A model generated the notes under the pieces. That model saw only the letters and a list, made by a program, of their open reading frames with translations. It was not told the DNA's origin and searched no databases. This document shows positions 8,997 to 17,697 of a stretch of 31,524 bases of DNA, one piece after another; position 1 is the first letter of the stretch, and each line of letters starts with the position of its first letter. Where the stretch lies: the NCBI GenBank assembly GCA_031962025.1, contig JAVRKW010000014.1; one strand, 5' to 3'. Origin of the DNA: Pseudothermotoga sp. Lineage in GTDB: Bacteria; Thermotogota; Thermotogae; Thermotogales; DSM-5069. Position numbers and translations under genes: made by a program.

Positions 8997-10522
8997 TTTT
9001 CCACCTCCTTTATTGCAGAAGGAATTAGATCTAATAGCTCGCTTGTAAGCATTGTGCCTTCTTTAGAACTGTAGTGTTCTGCAGCCAAACCATGCAGATA
9101 CACTCCGCAAATTGAAGCGTCTTTTGCGGTCAGTCCCTGTGCCATCAGACCGGCTATCATGCCGGCGAGTACATCACCGCTACCCGCTTTGGATAGAGAA
9201 GTGTTTCCCGTTAAATTGAAAAACGTTCCATCCACAGTTGAAACTATGGTTGTTGCTCCTTTTAAAACAACTGTTGTGCTGTACCTGTTCGCAAATTCTT
9301 CCGCTAATTTGTAATTGTACCTCACTTCATCGATATTTTTACCAAGCAGTCTTGCAAATTCTCCCGGATGTGGCGTGAGAACAACTGGAGCTGAAACTTT
9401 CTGAAGGATCTGTGGGTTTTGCGCAAGACAATTTATGCCATCGGCGTCAATAACTGCTGGTTTTGTAAGATTGATCATTATCTGTTCGAAAAAGTTCAAT
9501 GTATCAGAATTGCAGGTCATACCCGGTCCAATTACAACGACATCGGCATCCTGAAGCATTTTCAAGGCTATTTGTGAGTCGTCTTTCATGAAATGATCGT
9601 GGTTCACTGCGTGTGCAACTATCCCCGGCTCTTTTGTAACGGCGATTGTATCGACAGGAGAGCACGTCAAAAGCTGAAGATATCCGCAGCCTGACCTCAG
9701 AGCCGCTATACTCGTTAGAACAGCGGCTCCGGGATAAGCTCTGGAACCAGCTATGACCAGCACCTTTCCATAACTGCCTTTGTGTGAATCTCTGATGCGT
9801 TTTGGCAGAGTCTTTTTGACTGTCTGTTTTGTTATTATCTGCCTTGTGATCTGTTTTGATTCCAGCAAAAATCTTGGTATGCCTATACTTGCCACTTTTA
9901 ATTTTCCGCACAGCTCCCTGCCTGGGTACAGAAGATGACATGGTTTTGGAAGACCAAAGGTCACCGTCATATCCGCTTCGACGGCAATCCCCAGGACTGA
10001 ACCCGTATCGGTCTCAAGACCAGAAGGCAGGTCGACAGAAACGACGTACTTGGAATACAAGTTCACCAGTTTTATGACTTCTGCTACAGGATCGCGGATT
10101 TCTCCTTTTGTTCCAACTCCTAAAAGAGCATCCACAACCACATCGGCAGATTTCACGAGTTCGGCAAGCTCGTTAATGGTTACATCACTACCGAGCTTTC
10201 TGATATCTGCGCCCAGGGCTTTTAACCTTGAAAAGTTGACCGCTGATTCTTCAGAAAGCCTGGTTTCGTCTCCCAAAAAAACGGTGGTGACGTAGTCTGT
10301 ATATTCGAGCAGGTCTCTTGCAACGACAAAACCATCTCCACCGTTGTTTCCCGGTCCGCACAGGACGAGAAAAGAGGTATTGGTTATGTCACCCAGTTCC
10401 TGTTCAATGGCAAGCACAACAGAAAGACCTGCCCGCTCCATGAGTATAGAAGGCGGTATGTTAAATTGCTCGTGACACATTCTGTCGATGTTTCGCATTT
10501 CCTGTGCTGTGGCAATTTTCAA
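8993..10522 (-). CDS. nnr: Bifunctional NAD(P)H-hydrate epimerase/dehydratase
   Basis: LMERAG, CGPGNNGGDG, DLPSG, HKGSYG, DADG, LTPHPGEF and AGSGDVLAG. Confidence 0.96.
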   Translation of the reverse strand: MKIATAQEMRNIDRMCHEQFNIPPSILMERAGLSVVLAIEQELGDITNTSFLVLCGPGNNGGDGFVVARDLLEYTDYVTTVFLGDETRLSEESAVNFSRLKALGADIRKLGSDVTINELAELVKSADVVVDALLGVGTKGEIRDPVAEVIKLVNLYSKYVVSVDLPSGLETDTGSVLGIAVEADMTVTFGLPKPCHLLYPGRELCGKLKVASIGIPRFLLESKQITRQIITKQTVKKTLPKRIRDSHKGSYGKVLVIAGSRAYPGAAVLTSIAALRSGCGYLQLLTCSPVDTIAVTKEPGIVAHAVNHDHFMKDDSQIALKMLQDADVVVIGPGMTCNSDTLNFFEQIMINLTKPAVIDADGINCLAQNPQILQKVSAPVVLTPHPGEFARLLGKNIDEVRYNYKLAEEFANRYSTTVVLKGATTIVSTVDGTFFNLTGNTSLSKAGSGDVLAGMIAGLMAQGLTAKDASICGVYLHGLAAEHYSSKEGTMLTSELLDLIPSAIKEVEN

Positions 10523-10526
10523 AATC

Positions 10527-10994
10527 TCACCTCACCCAGAAGTACAAAATTTTGTAGATCACGTGATAAAGCTTGATTTTGAACAGATAATTAACTGAAA
10601 TATTGTTTTGAGCAGTAACTCTCGCTGGACCTGCATTGTAAGCCCTCAGAGCCATGTCAAGGTCACCGCCATAGAGATCTATCAAATACTGTAAATACCT
10701 GATACCGATAACGATATTATCCACTGTAGAATTTATATCACATGCAATGTCAAACTTTTCAGACACCCATGCAGCAGTTTGAGGCATCAACTGCATTAAT
10801 CCAACTGCTCCGGCACGTGAAACCGCATTTTCTTTAAAGTTGCTTTCCACTTTTATCAATGCCATTATCAACAGTGGATCAACAGTCCCGCAGTTTTCTT
10901 TCACAACAGAATAATATTTCAAAGGAAAATAAGAATAAAAGAAAATCAATGCAAAAAAGACAAAAAAGATCAGGACCAATTTCAGTGCAAACAC
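10527..10994 (-). CDS. Lytic transglycosylase (SLT domain) with N-terminal membrane anchor
   Basis: IKVESNF, AVGLMQLMP, AYNAG. Confidence 0.92.
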   Translation of the reverse strand: MFALKLVLIFFVFFALIFFYSYFPLKYYSVVKENCGTVDPLLIMALIKVESNFKENAVSRAGAVGLMQLMPQTAAWVSEKFDIACDINSTVDNIVIGIRYLQYLIDLYGGDLDMALRAYNAGPARVTAQNNISVNYLFKIKLYHVIYKILYFWVR

Positions 10995-11701
10995 CTCTGA
11001 ACCAGCAAGACGACATATCCGGCTGGAGCTAAAAAGGTTCCAAAAGGTATTTTTTGCTTCATTGAGATTTTGCCTTTGTTTTTTATCAGCGCATAGACGA
11101 TAGCGCTAACAGATGCGAATATCAGTGTATAAAATGAACTGATAATCCCAAGGCTGAGACTGAAAGCAGCCATGAGAATCACATCGCCACCACCCAGACC
11201 GCCTTTGTAGATAAACCCTAAAAACAACAAAAGTCCTGTCACGATTGCCACACTGATCAGGTTATAAACAACTGTACCATTTGTGATCCAGAGCACAAAA
11301 CTTCCCAGTGCGATGAGAAACAGCGTCACATCAGGTATCAGCATAAACTGCAGATCGATAAAAGCGATGATGAGTGAACAGGATATTATCAGCGACAGTG
11401 CAAAAAAATCCACAAGATTTGAAGCAACGTAGGAATTGATCAGATAACAAAGTCCATTAATAAACTCTACAAATGGGTATCTTGGGCTGATTTTGGCTTT
11501 GCATTTTCGACATTTTCCCAAGAGCAGAATATAGCTCAACAGGGGTATGTTATCGTACCAGGCTATTTTTTCACCGCAGGACGGGCAGATAGAATAAGCC
11601 GGCTTGACGATACTCAAACCCTTACGCGGCAGTCTATATATGACCACGTTCAGGAAACTTCCAAGCACCGTACCGATGATAAAGCTCAAGAAATGCCACA
11701 A
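10982..11701 (-). CDS. pilD: Prepilin peptidase (A24)
   Basis: GSFLNVVIYRLP, CPSC, DNIPLLSY, CRKC, G.GD and IPFG. Start set at TTG 11701 after SD AGGAGG (ORF track gives 11764). Confidence 0.9.
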   Translation of the reverse strand: MWHFLSFIIGTVLGSFLNVVIYRLPRKGLSIVKPAYSICPSCGEKIAWYDNIPLLSYILLLGKCRKCKAKISPRYPFVEFINGLCYLINSYVASNLVDFFALSLIISCSLIIAFIDLQFMLIPDVTLFLIALGSFVLWITNGTVVYNLISVAIVTGLLLFLGFIYKGGLGGGDVILMAAFSLSLGIISSFYTLIFASVSAIVYALIKNKGKISMKQKIPFGTFLAPAGYVVLLVQRCLH

Positions 11702-12771
11702 ATGCGCATCTCCTCCTCGGACATAAACTCTGAAAACAGTTCTTTTTTGCCATATAAGTACCACAGATTCTGGTCTTTCATTTCCTGTATCAACTGTTTT
11801 GCCTGCTCGATCTTTCCCTGTTTAAAGTACGCCAAAAAAAGCAGTAGCTTGAGATGTGCTTTTGCTTTGGGATTTTCCTCCAACATCTTGTTGATAACTT
11901 CTTCTACCAGAGAGTAATTGCCGTGTTTGAGCTGAACACGACTCCAGACTTCCACATCGCTTGCATAAACTGGTCTCATTTTGAGTATTTTCTCTTCCAT
12001 CTGCTTTGCCTGTTCATCTCTGCCAGCCATTCTGTATGTTTCCATCAGTTCGTAAATCGCCAGAATGCTGTTTGGATCGATTTTTAAAAATCTCTCAAAG
12101 ACATTGCACACTTTGTCGTGCAGATTCATTTTTCTGTAAGCTTCTGCAAGCATAAAATAAGTGAATTTGTTGTCTGGAGCGTATTCTATCTCTCTTTCCC
12201 AGTAAGAAGCCGCTTTTTTGTATTCACCGAGGCTATAATATGCTTCACCGAGCGATGAATACGCTTCAACAAGCCATGGATCTATCTCTATAGCCTTATC
12301 CAAGTATTTTATGCCCTGCTCAAAATCACCTTTCTCGAGCATCAAAGAACCGAAAAGTTCGTAAGCGGGAGCGTAATTTTTGTCCACCTCGAGTATGTAC
12401 TTTATAATTTTAAAAGCCACTTCGTGCAGGTCTTTGTCAGCATAATCGAGTGCAAGATCGTACAGATTGTTTAAAGAAGCGTGAACGAAGTTTTTCGGTG
12501 TGATTCCTTTTTTCTCCAGCCATTCGAGTAATTCTTCAAAACATATCGGGTCATACACTTTTTCATCGAGAATGGTCACGTGGTTCTCAAGATATTCGCA
12601 ATTCTCAATTTCTCTGACTATGAGATCCTTGTCGTTGAAATCCTGTTTCATCAACCCCCAGTCGCCTTCGTACATGAGATCTCTCAGAATTATCACAAAA
12701 GGAGTATCTGTGGTAATCTCAATCTCACGATCTTTTACCTGCAAGATGATCACCCTTTCCAATGGTACCAC
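11686..12771 (-). CDS. Tetratricopeptide repeat protein
   Basis: Several TPR units, e.g. AYELFGSLMLEKGDFEQGIKYLDKAIEIDP and AYSSLGEAYYSLGEYKKA. Confidence 0.85.
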   Translation of the reverse strand: MVPLERVIILQVKDREIEITTDTPFVIILRDLMYEGDWGLMKQDFNDKDLIVREIENCEYLENHVTILDEKVYDPICFEELLEWLEKKGITPKNFVHASLNNLYDLALDYADKDLHEVAFKIIKYILEVDKNYAPAYELFGSLMLEKGDFEQGIKYLDKAIEIDPWLVEAYSSLGEAYYSLGEYKKAASYWEREIEYAPDNKFTYFMLAEAYRKMNLHDKVCNVFERFLKIDPNSILAIYELMETYRMAGRDEQAKQMEEKILKMRPVYASDVEVWSRVQLKHGNYSLVEEVINKMLEENPKAKAHLKLLLFLAYFKQGKIEQAKQLIQEMKDQNLWYLYGKKELFSEFMSEEEMRICGIS

Positions 12772-12804
12772 TCCCTTGCAATATTTGCGTCATCTGTACT
12801 TTAC

Positions 12805-12813
12805 ATTATACCA
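12805..12813 (-). promoter_or_regulatory. Extended -10 promoter (TGnTATAAT) for the TPR-pilD-...-gpsA operon
   Basis: The minus strand reads TGGTATAAT about 35 nt upstream of the start at 12771. Confidence 0.55.
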
Positions 12814-12829
12814 CAGTTTTTCAAAAAGT

Positions 12830-13852
12830 TCACTCTAAGTCAAATCTGCTCAGAACTTTTATCTCATGAGCGGTTGTCAGCCCGCCGATGATTATATTCG
12901 CGTAATAGGTGAAAAACCTCCACAGCAGTAAAGTCGCGACAGTCTGGGGACCAAATATGAAATTGAAGAACAAAACATACCCGCTTTCAGAAGCACCCAT
13001 TGCTCCTGGTGTTGGAATGAGTGAAACCACAAGGAAAAGAACCAGTTGAAACATGATGGTGTCTATATATGAACAGTTTACGTGTACGGCTCTTGCCACA
13101 AAATAGGTCATAGAAACCCTTGCCATCATTTGAAATAATGTTGTCAGAAAGGCAAAAGAAAGAAGCAATAAATTGCTCATCGACCTTAGCATGCACCTGT
13201 GAAACAATTCAATCTGGTTCAACGTTTTTTCCACGGTTTGAGCCTGATTTTTTATCAGCCTGAAAAAAGCCAAAGGTTTTATAAGGGTCTTTACCAGCCA
13301 TTGAACAAGGTTTCTGTTTATTGAGAAAATCAGAAGGAAAAAAAGCACTGCACCGTTCAGAGCAAATCCAAAGAAAGCAAGAAGGGCAAATTTGGTGATA
13401 TTCTTAGAGAGAATACCGTGTGCAGTGTACACACCAAGTGCACCAAGGCACGTTATGACCACCTGATAAACGATGAACCTTGAAACAAGAAGTGCTGTTG
13501 CCTCTCCGTATTCAACACCACGTTTATTCATAAAGGCTATCTGTGCGGGCTGTCCACCGGTGGAAAACGGTGTGATCGCCGAAAAGAAACTTCCAATCAG
13601 AGTCGATTTGAAAAGATATGTCAGACTCACCCTGGTTTTATATGAAACGGCAAAGATCTTCACCGTGAGAGCCTCAGCAAACCAGTCACATATCAGCAAA
13701 AGACCCGCCAAGAACAGCCATTTTGCAGAAATGTTCTTCAGAGCTTTTATTGTTAAAGATATGTCTGTGAAACCGGCTATTAATATTATTATGATGATAC
13801 TCAGTGCGATGATTAAAAGTGATCTGGCAAGATTTTTTTTCAATTTCTGCAC
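12830..13852 (-). CDS. Flippase-like / lysylphosphatidylglycerol synthase TM-domain (UPF0104) membrane protein
   Basis: ITPFSTGGQP, PTPGAMGASE, LLWRFFTYY and many TM segments. It is coupled to a glycosyltransferase gene. Confidence 0.85.
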   Translation of the reverse strand: MQKLKKNLARSLLIIALSIIIIILIAGFTDISLTIKALKNISAKWLFLAGLLLICDWFAEALTVKIFAVSYKTRVSLTYLFKSTLIGSFFSAITPFSTGGQPAQIAFMNKRGVEYGEATALLVSRFIVYQVVITCLGALGVYTAHGILSKNITKFALLAFFGFALNGAVLFFLLIFSINRNLVQWLVKTLIKPLAFFRLIKNQAQTVEKTLNQIELFHRCMLRSMSNLLLLSFAFLTTLFQMMARVSMTYFVARAVHVNCSYIDTIMFQLVLFLVVSLIPTPGAMGASESGYVLFFNFIFGPQTVATLLLWRFFTYYANIIIGGLTTAHEIKVLSRFDLE

Positions 13853-14850
13853 CGCCTCAGCACAGACTCGTATGTCTGAGCAAGTAATTTACCAATCTCA
13901 GAAAGATCCCTTTCAAGGGCTACTTTTCTACCCTCAGATGCGATTTTTCCGGCGAAGCTTTTATCAGAAACGAGTGTTGATATGATTTTCCTAAACTGCT
14001 CATTTGAATGACCTTTCATGCAATTTACTCCGTGTTGCAACCAGCCTTCATATACTGGTATATCTCGAACTACGGTGGGACATTCACAGGAAAGCGCTTC
14101 AAGAACGACTATTCCTTCATTTTCTTCATAGGTTGGGAAGAAAAAGACATCTGCAGCCGAATAGGCACCCACCAGTTCTTCCTGAGATACAAAACCCGGA
14201 AAAATAACATTATCCGGGGGATTTTTCAAAATTCTTCTCACATCTTTTGGAAGCACAGGTGTAATTCTGGCACCGAACCAGATAAAGGTCAGATCTTTCA
14301 TTTTCTGCGCAACATCTACAAAGTCGTGTATCCCCTTTCTTTTGAATGGAAAACCCACTCCAAGAACTATCGGACCCTTTATGCCAAAACGTTCTCTGAA
14401 CTTTCGGGCTTTGTTTTCGTCTTTCTTGAAAAATGCCGTATCGACTCCATTTGATATGACAGTTCCCGGTACGTCTATTCCGTATTTTCTAATCACACTT
14501 TCGGTGTAATGCGTTGGAAAAATCAAGTGATCAGCCATTGCGTATTTTTTCTTGAGTGATCTTTTGGATATTCTGGCGTAAAAATTGCTTAAAATAAAGC
14601 TGTTTTTGATGTCTTCAGCGGTAGTATGCACATGCCATATCACCGGTATACCTTTTCTTTTACAGTACTGCACGACTGTTTTTGCACCTGGTCCGATGGT
14701 ATTCACATGGGCTATATCGTACCGGTCTTCCCAGTCAGGTGTGTAATCCACACCTGCTCTGGTCAGAGCCTCTATTTGATGTTTGTATGCCGTGCCTATA
14801 CCCGATTTGGATATAAGTTTTGTGGCTTCGGCATAAAGCAAAACTCTCAT
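13840..14850 (-). CDS. GT4-family glycosyltransferase (probable glycolipid synthase)
   Basis: SGIG, ISNGVD, RKG, FFFPTYEENEGIVVLEA. Start set at ATG 14850 after SD GGAGG. Confidence 0.88.
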   Translation of the reverse strand: MRVLLYAEATKLISKSGIGTAYKHQIEALTRAGVDYTPDWEDRYDIAHVNTIGPGAKTVVQYCKRKGIPVIWHVHTTAEDIKNSFILSNFYARISKRSLKKKYAMADHLIFPTHYTESVIRKYGIDVPGTVISNGVDTAFFKKDENKARKFRERFGIKGPIVLGVGFPFKRKGIHDFVDVAQKMKDLTFIWFGARITPVLPKDVRRILKNPPDNVIFPGFVSQEELVGAYSAADVFFFPTYEENEGIVVLEALSCECPTVVRDIPVYEGWLQHGVNCMKGHSNEQFRKIISTLVSDKSFAGKIASEGRKVALERDLSEIGKLLAQTYESVLRRCRN

Positions 14851-14874
14851 TTTGCTCGCCTCCATAAAAAAGCC

Positions 14875-14903
14875 TTGCAAAACTTTCTCCACAGTGATAG
14901 AAT
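14875..14903 (+). promoter_or_regulatory. Sigma70-type promoter of tRNA-Val
   Basis: TTGCAA-17 nt-TAGAAT with TG extension, 12 nt before the tRNA. Confidence 0.65.
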
Positions 14904-14915
14904 TTTATCACGTAT

Positions 14916-14990
14916 GGGTGCGTAGCTCAGGGGGAGAGCGCTTCCCTCACGAGGAAGAGGCCGCAGGTTCGATTCCTGCCGCACCCACCA
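14916..14990 (+). tRNA. tRNA-Val (anticodon CAC)
   Basis: Acceptor stem GGGTGCG/CGCACCC, D-arm TAGCTCAG..GAGAGC, anticodon arm CTTCC-CTCACGA-GGAAG, T-arm GCAGG-TTCGATT-CCTGC, and encoded ACCA. Confidence 0.97.
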
Positions 14991-14991
14991 C

Positions 14992-17334
14992 TTAGCCAAC
15001 TTTGATCAGCTTCAGCCTGTCGCCATAGATTTTCTGTACTTTTTCAAAGAGCCACGGGTATTCTTTTTGCTTGAACAAAAAAGCCTCTGCGTCAGCACGT
15101 GCCTTGAACAAAAGTTCTTTATCTCTCACAAGATCAGCTACTTTCAGCTCCGGCAGTCCATGCTGTTTCAATCCAAGAAATTCACCCGGACCGCGAATCT
15201 TCATGTCATATTCGGCAACTTCGAACCCATTTCTGGTCATTGAGAAATACCTGAGCCTTTCTAAAGCATCCTCTGAGACATTTCCCACAATCAAAAAACA
15301 ATATCCCTGTTTTTCACTGCGTCCCACCCTTCCACGCAACTGGTGTAGCTGTGCAAGACCAAATCTCTCTGGATTTTCTATCACCATGATCGTTGCCCTT
15401 GGAATATCTATACCAACCTCTATGACCGTTGTTGAAACCAGAATATCAAATTCTCCAAGTGCAAAACTTTCCATTACCCTGTCTTTCTCCTGCTGGCTCA
15501 TTTTCCCGTGTAATAATCCCACTTTGAATTCTTTGAAAATCTGCTCAGAGAGATGTTTGTACATCTGTGTAGCTGCTTTGGCTTCGATTTTGTCAGACTC
15601 TTCAATCAACGGATATACCACAAAAGCCTGACCGCCTTCTCTGAGTTCCTTTTTGACAAAATCATAAACCTGATCGATTTTGGAAACAGATACAAGGATG
15701 GTTTTAACTTCCTTTCTTCCCGGCGGCATTTCGTCGATAATTGTCAGATCAAGATCGCCGTAGATGGTCAGAGCCAAAGTCCTTGGTATTGGAGTAGCGG
15801 TCATTATCAGTGTATCGAGGGCTCTTCCCTTGCTGACAAGGGCTTCTCTTTGTTTGACACCGAATCTGTGCTGTTCATCTATGACAACCAGACCCAAATT
15901 GGCAAAATTCACATCTTCCTGAATGAGAGTGTGAGTTCCAATGACGACAGAAGCTTCTCCGGTTGAAAGAAGGTGTTTTATTCTTTCTTTCTCTTTGCTG
16001 TTTGTCTCACCAAGCAAAAGAACTGTTTTTATTCCAAGATCCTCGAAGGCAGGAGCCATTCTCCGATAGTGCTGTATGGCGAGTATGGATGTTGGTGCCA
16101 TGACAGCGGACTGAAAACCAGCCTCGAAGTTGTCGATTATTGCAAGCTGAGCGACAACGGTCTTTCCAGACCCGACATCTCCCTGCAGTAACCTGCTCAT
16201 GGGTTTACTCAAAGTCATATCCTGTCTTATCTGTTGGTGAGCGAGAATCTGTGATCTAGTCAGCTTGAAAGGTAATTTACTCATAAATTTTTCTGCAATC
16301 TTACCCGGTATGTTTTTCGCAATACCTCCGATTTCCTCGAAGGTCTTTCTTGACAGTAAAAGAGCCAACTGCATCAGGAATAATTCTTCGTACGCGAGTC
16401 TTTCGATTGATTTTTTCAAATGATACATACTTTTTGGAAAGTGCATACCAAGAAGTGCCACAGGTGTGTCTATCAGTTCTCTTTTTTCCACGAGTTCAGC
16501 GGGTAATTCATTTGAAAAATGGCAGACGCACGAGATATTTTCTTTCATTATTTTTCTCAATTCTTTTTGACTGATTCCTTCGGTCAATGGGTAAATCGGC
16601 AGGATTTCAAGGACAGGTGAACCTTCCTGTAATTCGACTTCCGGGTTGATTATTTCAACTGAGCCAAACTGACCGCGCTTGACAGTGCCGGTTACATAAA
16701 CCATTTTGTTCTTCATCGTTTGAAGAATTCTGTGGAGAAACTCCTGATTGAACCATTTCAGCAGCACCTGATTTACGCCGTCTGAGAGCACCGCTGCGGT
16801 TATCGTGATTGAGCTGATTTTTTTGGTCTCTACGCTGACGAGTTTACCAAGCGTAGTGACCTTTTCTTCCATCTTGATCTGGGAAAGGGGTACCACACGT
16901 CTTCGATCTTCATAGTCTCGCGGAAAGTAGAAAACCAGATCCTGGAGTGTGAAAATACCGAGTTTTTTCAAAAGTGATTCTCTCTTTGGTCCAACACCTT
17001 TTGCATACTTTATTTCGCAATCTGGTTGTTTTGCGTTCGATGGGTCTGGCTTTGAAATCAAATGCTGATGTCGAAAACGCTCTATCATTCCAAGGCAGTT
17101 TTTGAGTCTTTTGATTGCCCTTTGCTGATCTATTGTATCAACAGGTTTGATATACTCCAAAAGCTGTCTGAGTTTCTCTGAAACTTCTTTTTCCTCCAGA
17201 ATGGGATCTGATATCAACTCATAACTATCCTGCACAAGCTCAATGAATTCATTTATCTGCATTTCACCGTGAATCACTTTGAGGATACTGTCTTCGACAG
17301 AATCCAAGAACTCCTCAACGAGAACCGGTCGCAT
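14992..17334 (-). CDS. recG: ATP-dependent DNA helicase RecG
   Basis: Wedge/OB domain, LLQGDVGSGKT, DEQHRFG, TATPIPRT, QLHQLRGRVGR and RGPGE..G.KQHG. Confidence 0.97.
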   Translation of the reverse strand: MRPVLVEEFLDSVEDSILKVIHGEMQINEFIELVQDSYELISDPILEEKEVSEKLRQLLEYIKPVDTIDQQRAIKRLKNCLGMIERFRHQHLISKPDPSNAKQPDCEIKYAKGVGPKRESLLKKLGIFTLQDLVFYFPRDYEDRRRVVPLSQIKMEEKVTTLGKLVSVETKKISSITITAAVLSDGVNQVLLKWFNQEFLHRILQTMKNKMVYVTGTVKRGQFGSVEIINPEVELQEGSPVLEILPIYPLTEGISQKELRKIMKENISCVCHFSNELPAELVEKRELIDTPVALLGMHFPKSMYHLKKSIERLAYEELFLMQLALLLSRKTFEEIGGIAKNIPGKIAEKFMSKLPFKLTRSQILAHQQIRQDMTLSKPMSRLLQGDVGSGKTVVAQLAIIDNFEAGFQSAVMAPTSILAIQHYRRMAPAFEDLGIKTVLLLGETNSKEKERIKHLLSTGEASVVIGTHTLIQEDVNFANLGLVVIDEQHRFGVKQREALVSKGRALDTLIMTATPIPRTLALTIYGDLDLTIIDEMPPGRKEVKTILVSVSKIDQVYDFVKKELREGGQAFVVYPLIEESDKIEAKAATQMYKHLSEQIFKEFKVGLLHGKMSQQEKDRVMESFALGEFDILVSTTVIEVGIDIPRATIMVIENPERFGLAQLHQLRGRVGRSEKQGYCFLIVGNVSEDALERLRYFSMTRNGFEVAEYDMKIRGPGEFLGLKQHGLPELKVADLVRDKELLFKARADAEAFLFKQKEYPWLFEKVQKIYGDRLKLIKVG

Positions 17335-17470
17335 TGTTTACAATGCTCTCCCTTTCAAGTGGTGCAAAACCAGAAGCCCTCATATCGACAAATTTCTGAA
17401 TTGAGAAAAGTACACAAAATACTACTATGAGTATCACCATGCTCGCCACTATCAAGGAGCCTTTTTTCAT
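17315..17470 (-). CDS. Small (51 aa) single-TM protein not in the ORF track
   Basis: Translated by hand: MKKGSLIVASMVILIVVFCVLFSIQKFVDMRASGFAPLERESIVNNATGSR*. It overlaps the recG start, and in the reconstructed empty site its ATG overlaps the hpt TGA. Confidence 0.65.
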   Translation of the reverse strand: MKKGSLIVASMVILIVVFCVLFSIQKFVDMRASGFAPLERESIVNNATGSR

Positions 17471-17553
17471 CAACATTCAGCGCATTCTCCATCTTCTGCA
17501 AAATGGAAAATGTGCTGTTCTCTCCTTTCTAATTTTGAAATCACATACACCAT
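17470..17553 (-). pseudogene. iscB: iscB remnant (N-terminal stub fused to the element end), 27 aa
   Basis: MVYVISK|LERREQHIFHFAEDGECAEC*. MVYVISK resembles the residues that precede the PLMP motif of IscB. SD AAGGAGG lies upstream. Confidence 0.65.
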
Positions 17554-17697
17554 ATGGTGTATAAGCCTCCTTTTCGGAGTAAGGTGCTCATCGCCAATGT
17601 TAAGCAGGCTTGTTATGTACAGGCTACTGTCCCTACCCCGGCTAATCAACTATGGTTTATACCAAGCCACCACCTCTATAGGTGGGGGGTAGTTGAC
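17471..17697. mobile_element. Non-autonomous IS200/IS605-family (IscB-type) miniature element / PATE, 227 bp
   Basis: It follows TTCAT and ends in TTGAC on the + strand. Subterminal hairpins lie at 17478-17517 and 17670-17685. No TSD. It carries an omegaRNA-like scaffold and an iscB N-terminal stub. Excision restores hpt ...CTC GAA TGA. Confidence 0.85.
17555..17697 (-). ncRNA. Internally deleted omegaRNA/HEARO-like scaffold
   Basis: The minus strand starts GTCAACTACCCC, which pairs with TAGTTGAT. It then has CCACCT-ATAG-AGGTGG and TGGT-ATAA-ACCA hairpins, GTTGATTAGCC, AACATTGGCGA and CTCC-GAAAA-GGAG, directly before the iscB-like ATG. Confidence 0.7.

Noticed and set aside
14916..14990. tRNA as a possible integration site for an island
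   Set aside because: No integrase and no repeat of the tRNA 3' end was seen, and the flanks are housekeeping genes.
17030..17334. Extra N-terminal region of about 100 aa on RecG
   Set aside because: This is a known feature of Thermotoga-type RecG, not novel.
17510..17692. 60-aa + strand ORF in the ORF track
   Set aside because: It lies antisense across the omegaRNA-like scaffold of the mobile element, with no SD and no protein-like features.
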